From assembly GCF_021028975.2 (NCBI RefSeq), contig NC_059429.1, forward strand, positions 81,096,001 through 81,160,000: a DNA stretch of 64,000 nucleotides, given 5' to 3'. A program made the position numbers and the translations under genes. Below, in pieces: positions 60,860 through 64,000 of this stretch. The notes beneath the pieces are model-generated. The model had not been told where the DNA came from. It searched no databases and saw only the letters and a list, made by a program, of their open reading frames with translations. The first letter of the stretch is position 1. Each line of letters starts with the position of its first letter. This DNA is from Sphaerodactylus townsendi (Eukaryota).

Positions 60860-62400
60860 GTCGGCGTCGGCGAGCGAGCAAGAGAGAGCGCGGGGAGCCG
60901 AACAAGCGGGCCGGACGGGCGTCGCAGGCGCCAGCCCAGCCGGCTGGCAGCGGAGTGGGGTGAGCCGAAACAGCCGGCAGGCCAATCGTCGGGCAAGCAG
61001 TCAGGCGGCCGGGTGGCAGGCAAGGAGTGGGCCGGCAAGGCAAGCAGGCGTCGGCCGGCGCGAGTCGACGGCGCGCGCAGGCAAGTGGGCCGGGCAAGCA
61101 GCCGGGGCAAGGGCAAGCAGGCAAGCAGGCTGGCGCGAGCCGCGCGAGTACGGGCAAGCAGGCCGGCCGGGCGCGAGCGGGCGCGAGCCAAAGGCAAGCA
61201 GGTGTCGGCCGGCAAGTGAGCCAGCGCTGCCGGCCGGCAAGTGAGGGGCCAGCCGAGGCTGGCAACTGAGCCGGGCGCCGCGCTAAGGCGCCCCGGGCGC
61301 GGAGTGGCCGGGCGCGAGGGCTGCCTGGTGAGGGCCGGCAACTGAGCCGGCCGGCGCAGGCAAGTGGGCCGGCAAGCGAGCCGGGCAAGGCAAGCAGGTG
61401 CCGGCCGGCAAGCGAGCCGGGCGAGCGGGCGCCGCGCTGCCGGCCGGGCGCGAGCAGGCCAAGAGCCGGGGCGCGCAGGTGTCGGCTGCGCGCGAGCCGG
61501 GGCAAGGCGGCCGGGCAAGTGAGGGGCGAGCGTTTGAGGGGCCGGGCACCGGCCGGGCGCGCAGGCCGGGCCGGGCAAGGAGCCGGGAAGGCAAGCAGGT
61601 GGCTGGCTGGCAAGGAAGGCAGGAACGGGTGGAAGAGGTGAGGTGGAAGGCATGGAAGGAAAAAAAAAAAAAAAAAAGGAAATGGAAGGTGAAAATAAGG
61701 AAGGTGTGGTGGAAGGTGAAGGGTGGAAGGTGGAAATGGAAAAGGGAGGTGGAGTGGTGGAAGGGTGGTAGGTATGGTGGTGGAAAGGTGTGGTATGGTG
61801 AAAGGGGTGGCAGTGGTGGTGGTGGGGGAAGGCATCGAATCCATATGAGTCATATAGTCGATCCATGATAATACGATCGGTGTCGATAAGCCGGATACGA
61901 TACAACTGAGTCGGTACGCTATGTCGGTCGGCATATGTCGGCATGAGTCGGTCGGCGTATGTTTACGCGCTATGGTGTCGACAAGTGAGCTGGCATACGC
62001 TATGTCGGCCATGAGCGCTATGCCGATCGGGCGTCGAAATGCGCTATATGACGGTACAAGTGAGTCAAGGTAAGTCGGTCAAGCAAGTGAGGCAGCTATG
62101 TCGGCAAGCGAGTCGGCGCGCAGGTAAGCCGGCAAGCGAGCCGGCGCTTTGGTATGCGCTATGTCGCCATAAAGTGAGCCGGGCGCGCTATGCGTCGTAC
62201 GGGCGCTGAGCCGTACGGGCAAAGGCAAGCAGGTGAGCCGGACGGGCAAGTGAGCCGGGGCAAGCGCGCGGTAAGCTGGCAAGTGAGCGGGGCAAGGCGC
62301 TAAGGTGTCGGTATATGGACGGTATATGCGCTAAGGTAAGGGTGGGCAAGGAGTTACGGCAAGCGCGCTATGTTGGTGGTCGGCAAGCGAGGGCGAAAGC
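60860..62400. repeat. GC-rich low-complexity array (ggcaag / gccgg / gcgctatgtcgg) with a purine-rich block at 61620-61830
   Basis: Short motifs repeated irregularly. Confidence 0.8.
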
Positions 62401-62479
62401 GTTTAGGATGGGGGCTATGGGGCGCGTCGGTTAGTAAAGGGCAAGTGGATGGCGAAGCCGAAAGCAACAATTTTGAGTA

Positions 62480-63250
62480 AAAGAATTGACTTCCAGCCGG
62501 TTGCTGGCGAGATACCGTTGCCTGCACGGCGGTAAAGATGGGTCTGGCGGTTCGGCCCATTAATAATCGAGAGCACCGCACAAGCAGCGTAATGGCAGGA
62601 CGAAGATCGCCACACCGGGCCCGTCGCTGGGGATACCGCCCTGACTTTGGTATGGGGTAAAGATGGGCTGTAGTGGATCGGCCTGGCTGACCGCCGATAC
62701 CAGTTACGGGCGGCAGGAGGTAAAAGTTTAGCACCCGCCGGTCGGCGATGCGCCTGCTCTTGGTGGTGAAGATGGGGGACGGTGTGGTCGAGTTCCGGTC
62801 GGCCGCCGAGAGCACCACCTACAACTGGTGATGGGCAGGAGGTAAAGCTCACGGCAACGCAAGCCTGGCCGCCTTATGCTTCCGCTTCTGCAGGGCGTAT
62901 GAAGATGGGGATCGCACTGCCTGGTCGGGCCGCCGACAGCACCCACCCGCAAGCAGTGGGCTGGCAGGAGGTAAAGCTCACGCATCTGGCCGGGCCGCTG
63001 GTGGATGTACTTCGATTCTGCAGGCTGGCTAAGATGGCGCAAGCGGTGGATCGGAAGCCCTGTATCGCTTCCCGCAGTGGCTGGCGAAGATTGTCCGGCG
63101 TTCGCCCCTGGCCGGTTAAAGCCACCGGCAAGCAGCGGGCGTGGGTGGTAAAGTCACGCTGTTTCGGTCGGGCCGCTGATGGATAACGCCTGCTCGCAGG
63201 CTAAGATGGCCCATGGTTCGCCATGGAGCCGCAGAACAGTGGCGAAGAGC
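62480..63250. repeat. Degenerate ~125 bp tandem array
   Basis: ggcaggaggtaaag..aagatgggg..ggtcgggccgccga recurs (62711, 62834, 62963). Confidence 0.65.
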
Positions 63251-63359
63251 CGCAGCGTCAAGCGAGCCACGGGTTCCTACTCCCCGTTTTAGTAGGGATG
63301 CAGGAACACCACGAAATACCCAGCCTGTTCTCCTGGCTATTAAAGTAAGTAACTCCTTT

Positions 63360-63810
63360 GTTAAAACGTTCTACCCTTGTGGCATGGGATGGGGAGGGCA
63401 GAATTTGGCCAGTGTTTATTTCTGTGGCAAATCTTCTATCCTGGTGGCATGGGGATGGGAGAGGCAGAATTTGGCCTGCGTTTGCTTTCTGTGGGCAAAT
63501 CTTTCTACCCTGGGTGGTATTCGGGATGGGAGTGGCGAATTTGGCCAGTGCTTGGTTTCTGTGGGCAAATCTTTCTACCCTGGCGGCATGGGAATGGAGA
63601 GTGCAGAATGGCCAGTTTGGTTTCTGTGGGCAATCTACCCTGGTGGCATGGGAATGGAGAGAATTTGGCCAGTGCTTGGTTTCTGTGGCAAATCTTCTAC
63701 CCTGGTGGCATGGGGATGGGGAGAGGAGTTTTGCTCGCGTTTGGCCCGGCTTTGCAAAACTGTCTACCCAGGTGGCATTGGGGTGGAGTGGGGAGATTTT
63801 GCCCAGTGCC
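63360..63810. repeat. ~60-65 bp minisatellite, ~7 units
   Basis: aaatcttctaccctggtggcatggggatggg..gaatttggccagtgcttggtttctgtgggc. One further copy lies near the other end of the element at ~60595-60660. Confidence 0.9.
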
Positions 63811-63976
63811 CCTGCTGCAGACCCTGCTCTGGAAATCCCTTCCCCAGAACGCAGACCATGCCCCGCCATGTTGTAAAGTTCAATCTCTGCTCCGGCTTAC
63901 ACTAATGCCGACTGTTTGGAATCCCACCACCATCGGGAACCTGTTACAAATTTTGAATCCCACCACTGAGAAAAGG

Positions 63977-64000
63977 CAGAGGTGGATGCAGCTGTTCGCA
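63977..64000. mobile_element. Start of a second, tandem copy of the same hAT-like element
   Basis: cagaggtggatgcagctgttcgca matches 60356 cagaggtgggatgcagccggttcgca and begins directly after the TSD. Confidence 0.8.

Larger units (their letters stand above)
60356..63968. mobile_element. Non-autonomous hAT-like DNA transposon (3.6 kb)
   Basis: TIR cagaggtgggat / atcccaccactg, exact 8-bp TSD agaaaagg (60348-60355, 63969-63976), subterminal gaaccgg motifs. Inserted in an L2-type 3' tail. Confidence 0.9.

Noticed and set aside
60703-63905. Long ORFs (413, 428, 230 aa and others) in the GC-rich block
   Set aside because: Low-complexity Arg/Pro/Ala or repeating peptides from stop-poor tandem repeats, open in several frames, with no domain motifs.

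Overview
Vertebrate genomic DNA, most likely a squamate reptile and probably a gecko (Sauria-type and Squam3-like SINEs, 5S-derived SINEs, CR1/L2 LINEs, Penelope-like elements). I could not identify any host protein-coding exon; the window looks intronic or intergenic and is dominated by transposable elements. The main feature is a near-intact ~5.6 kb tyrosine-recombinase retrotransposon of Ngaro type (~35470-41091). It carries a gag-like ORF with two nonsense codons, RT/RNase H, a tyrosine recombinase and an SGNH hydrolase, with its own CCAAT/GC/TATA promoter, a poly(A) signal and a structured 3' region. It lacks visible split direct repeats. It sits inside a copy of a small MITE, and a second copy of that MITE family at ~26.1 kb holds a ~180 bp promoter-only fragment of a related element. 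Other features are two palindromic Penelope-like insertions with minimal hammerhead-ribozyme motifs, two ~3.5 kb non-autonomous hAT-like elements with exact 8-bp TSDs and internal satellite arrays (one followed head-to-tail by another copy), several Harbinger-like foldback MITEs with 3-bp TSDs, and solo LTR candidates. Boundaries of old repeats are approximate, and family names come from motif recognition, not database searches.
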